NCBI GenBank assembly: GCA_043228905.1
Contig: JBHGNT010001211.1
Span: forward strand, 1-10,951
Source: Azolla caroliniana
Lineage: Eukaryota; Plantae; Polypodiophyta
DNA: 10,951 nucleotides
Direction: 5' to 3'
This document shows positions 9,259 through 10,951 of the stretch, piece after piece (position 1 is the first letter of the stretch; every line of letters begins with the position of its first letter). The translations under genes were made by a program, and so were the position numbers. The notes beneath the pieces were generated by a model. The model saw only the letters and a list, made by a program, of their open reading frames with translations. It ran no database searches and was not told the origin of the DNA.

Positions 9259-9454
9259 AATGGGTGATGTCGAGAAGGTTCTGACTCCTAATCTTGAGTA
9301 TGTCAATCTCTCTCTATATCAATCAATCTATCTATCTCTATCTATGTTTAATGGGAGATGTCGAGAAGGTTCCGACTCCTAATCCAAAGTTTGTCAATCT
9401 CTCTCTCTATATCTATCTATCTATCTATCTATCTGTCTATCTCTATCTATGTTT
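9259..9454. repeat. Two-copy tandem duplication (91 and 105 bp) with embedded (CT)n/(TCTA)n SSR
   Basis: AATGGG(T/A)GATGTCGAGAAGGTTC(T/C)GACTCCTAATC starts at 9259 and 9350. The 49-bp cores match at 43 positions, and both copies end TCTATCTCTATCTATGTTT. Confidence 0.95.
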
Positions 9455-9599
9455 AGTGGAAAAGCATCTTTCACTCACCCAAGGATCTCTGGCATTTTTT
9501 TAAAAAAAAATAGTGATAAAATAAAAGCAATTTTTAGAAATACAAAAAGATAATATAAAGAAATAAAGAGATTAAGAATCAGAATAAAGAAATCAATTT

Positions 9600-9700
9600 G
9601 GGTTTCTCTGTTTTTACTAGTCTCTGCTTCTTGATGATTCTCGACGACCCTGTTTTTATATCGTCTCTATCGTCTCTGCCTCCAAACTGCCCCTGTTTTC
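9600..9700 (+). promoter_or_regulatory. Candidate arginase core promoter / transcription start region
   Basis: Composition switches sharply from A-rich (9500-9595) to pyrimidine-rich with retained CpGs. A TATA-like TTTATAT at ~9655-9661 is followed by a Y-patch-like CGTCTCTATCGTCTCTGCCTCC. This is positional inference only. Confidence 0.35.
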
Positions 9701-9779
9701 TGTGCGTTGCTGTTTAGGGTTTTGATCTTTAGAGGGGCTTTTTCTTCTTCTTCTTTTGTTTGTTTTTCTGTTTGTTTGG

Positions 9780-9780
<1 letters not shown>

Positions 9781-9824
<44 letters not shown>
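9781..9824. repeat. (TG)22 microsatellite ending 30 nt upstream of the arginase ATG
   Basis: Perfect dinucleotide run. Confidence 0.99.
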
Positions 9825-9826
<2 letters not shown>

Positions 9827-9854
9827 CAATTAGCACATCAGAAAGTCTGTGGGA

Positions 9855-10004
9855 ATGATGAGGATCGCCCATCAAGTGAAGAGATTGCAGAGGTTCCAGT
9901 ATATCACGACGAGGAGCGTTGTTAGTTCTTCTATGATTGAGCAAGGGCAGAAGCGTGTTATGGAAGCTTCCCTCACCCTCATCCGTGAGCGAGCTCGCTT
10001 GAAG
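9855..10004 (+). CDS. ARGAH: Plant arginase (arginase/agmatinase-type ureohydrolase), first coding exon, with probable mitochondrial transit peptide
   Basis: Translates MMRIAHQVKRLQRFQYITTRSVVSSSMIEQGQKRVMEASLTLIRERARLK (50 codons). This matches the plant arginase N-terminus as I recall it (Arabidopsis ARGAH1 ...SSIEKGQNRVIDASLTLIRERAKLK). It ends at the AAG|GTTGGT donor. The first ~26 aa are Arg/Ser-rich with no acidic residues. The start could be ATG 9855 or 9858. Confidence 0.93.
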
Positions 10005-10801
10005 GTTGGTCTCAATATACATACACGCACACACATATAACTAATCCTTTTCTTCCTTTCTATTGCATTGTTTTTCTATTTATGCATAATTATACCATTG
10101 TTTCCCCCCTCCCCCCTTTCTATGGCCAAATTATTTTCCTCTCTCTGCACACACACACACATATATATATAGAAGTAGACATTGTTTTCCCCTGTGTTTT
10201 CTTTCTGTTGCAATTTCTTTCTCTGCTTATCTTCTTTTCTATTTGCAGTACAATTTTTCTTGTGTTTGTTTTTTTCCTCAAATTTTATTGTGAAAAATGA
10301 TATTGTCTTTTTTTGTTTTGTTTTATTTATTTTTTTCCTTTTCTAGTTCAACAAGGGTTTTTTTTTTCTTGTATTTGTTTTTCTGCACGCGTTATTGTCA
10401 TTGTGAAAAAGCTTTTCTTTATTGTTTTTGTTCGTTTTAACTGTTATCTCGAAGCTAATGATTAATAATGTATTGGAATGATGATGAGCAATTAGATATG
10501 TAAATTTGATAGTCTTAGTGCTATCATCAAACAATTGTAGTTAAATTTGTGTGTTTGAAATGATGATGAAAAATAATACGGCAAAATATTATAGAGCTAG
10601 AACAGTTCTCATGTTATGTTGAAATTGTGTCATGCAAACACCTACCTGTGAATATTGATTTAATTGACATTGAACATTAAGAGGATATCAAATAATGGTA
10701 ATAGTAGAGTACATAATGGTGACTTCCATTGTCTGTTAGCCATATAAATATTCTGATATATGTGGCCTGTAATTGTGACAATATTGTTTGGTAATTTTCA
10801 G
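10005..10801 (+). other. Arginase intron (phase 0, 797 nt, GT-AG)
   Basis: Starts GTTGGT and ends TAATTTTCAG, with a very T-rich interior. Splicing joins ...RARLK to AELIRA... in frame and restores the conserved arginase sequence. Confidence 0.92.
10148..10171. repeat. Compound (CA)n(TA)n microsatellite in the arginase intron
   Basis: CACACACACACACATATATATATA seen directly. Confidence 0.9.
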
Positions 10802-10951
10802 GCCGAACTTATTCGAGCTGCAGGTGGTGCAAAAGCATCGTCTTGTCTTCTTGGAGTTCCATTGGGTCACAATTCTTCTTTCCTGCAAGGGCCAGCATTT
10901 GCCCCCCCGAGAATTAGAGAGGCCATTTGGTGTGGGAGCACAAATTCGACT
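10802..10951 (+). CDS. ARGAH: Plant arginase, second coding exon (truncated by window end; not in the ORF track)
   Basis: Translates AELIRAAGGAKASSCLLGVPLGHNSSFLQGPAFAPPRIREAIWCGSTNST, which contains the near-invariant plant arginase block LLGVPLGHNSSFLQGPAFAPPRIREAIWCGSTNS. Confidence 0.97.

Noticed and set aside
8770-9306. Longest ORF in the track (178 aa, minus strand) and overlapping plus-strand ORFs
   Set aside because: They run through GA/TC microsatellites (ERER, SLSLSL) and the tandem duplication, with no recognisable domain.
9707-10034. ORFs 9707-9925 (+) and 9729-10034 (-)
   Set aside because: Translations of (TG)22 (VCVC, HTHT) that are out of frame with or antisense to the real arginase exon.
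9849-10040. ORF track call with GTG start and read-through to 10040
   Set aside because: The eukaryotic start is ATG 9855/9858, and homology stops at the 10005 splice donor; VGLNIHTRTHI is intronic.

Overview
AT-rich, microsatellite-rich eukaryotic DNA from a land plant, probably a seed-free plant such as a fern, lycophyte or bryophyte (inference). The only intact gene is the 5' part of a plant arginase (ARGAH-type ureohydrolase) on the + strand: exon 1 at 9855-10004, a 797-nt GT-AG intron, and exon 2 from 10802 running off the window. The upstream ~9.5 kb is mostly decayed transposon sequence. It holds a clear Ty3/gypsy chromovirus relic (RNase H, integrase C-terminus, chromodomain, polypurine tract; ~5075-6156) whose integrase core is replaced by a ~457-bp unrelated segment. 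There is also a fainter second chromovirus relic (~3576-4268) and a possible Ty1/copia relic on the - strand (~2456-3100). Several tandem duplications, hairpins and SSRs are present. Most ORFs in the supplied track are spurious. I see no convincing evidence of a new multi-gene system. The best second-look items are the chromovirus lineage, a compact TA-flanked hairpin where the 3' LTR should start, and complementary microsatellites flanking arginase exon 1.
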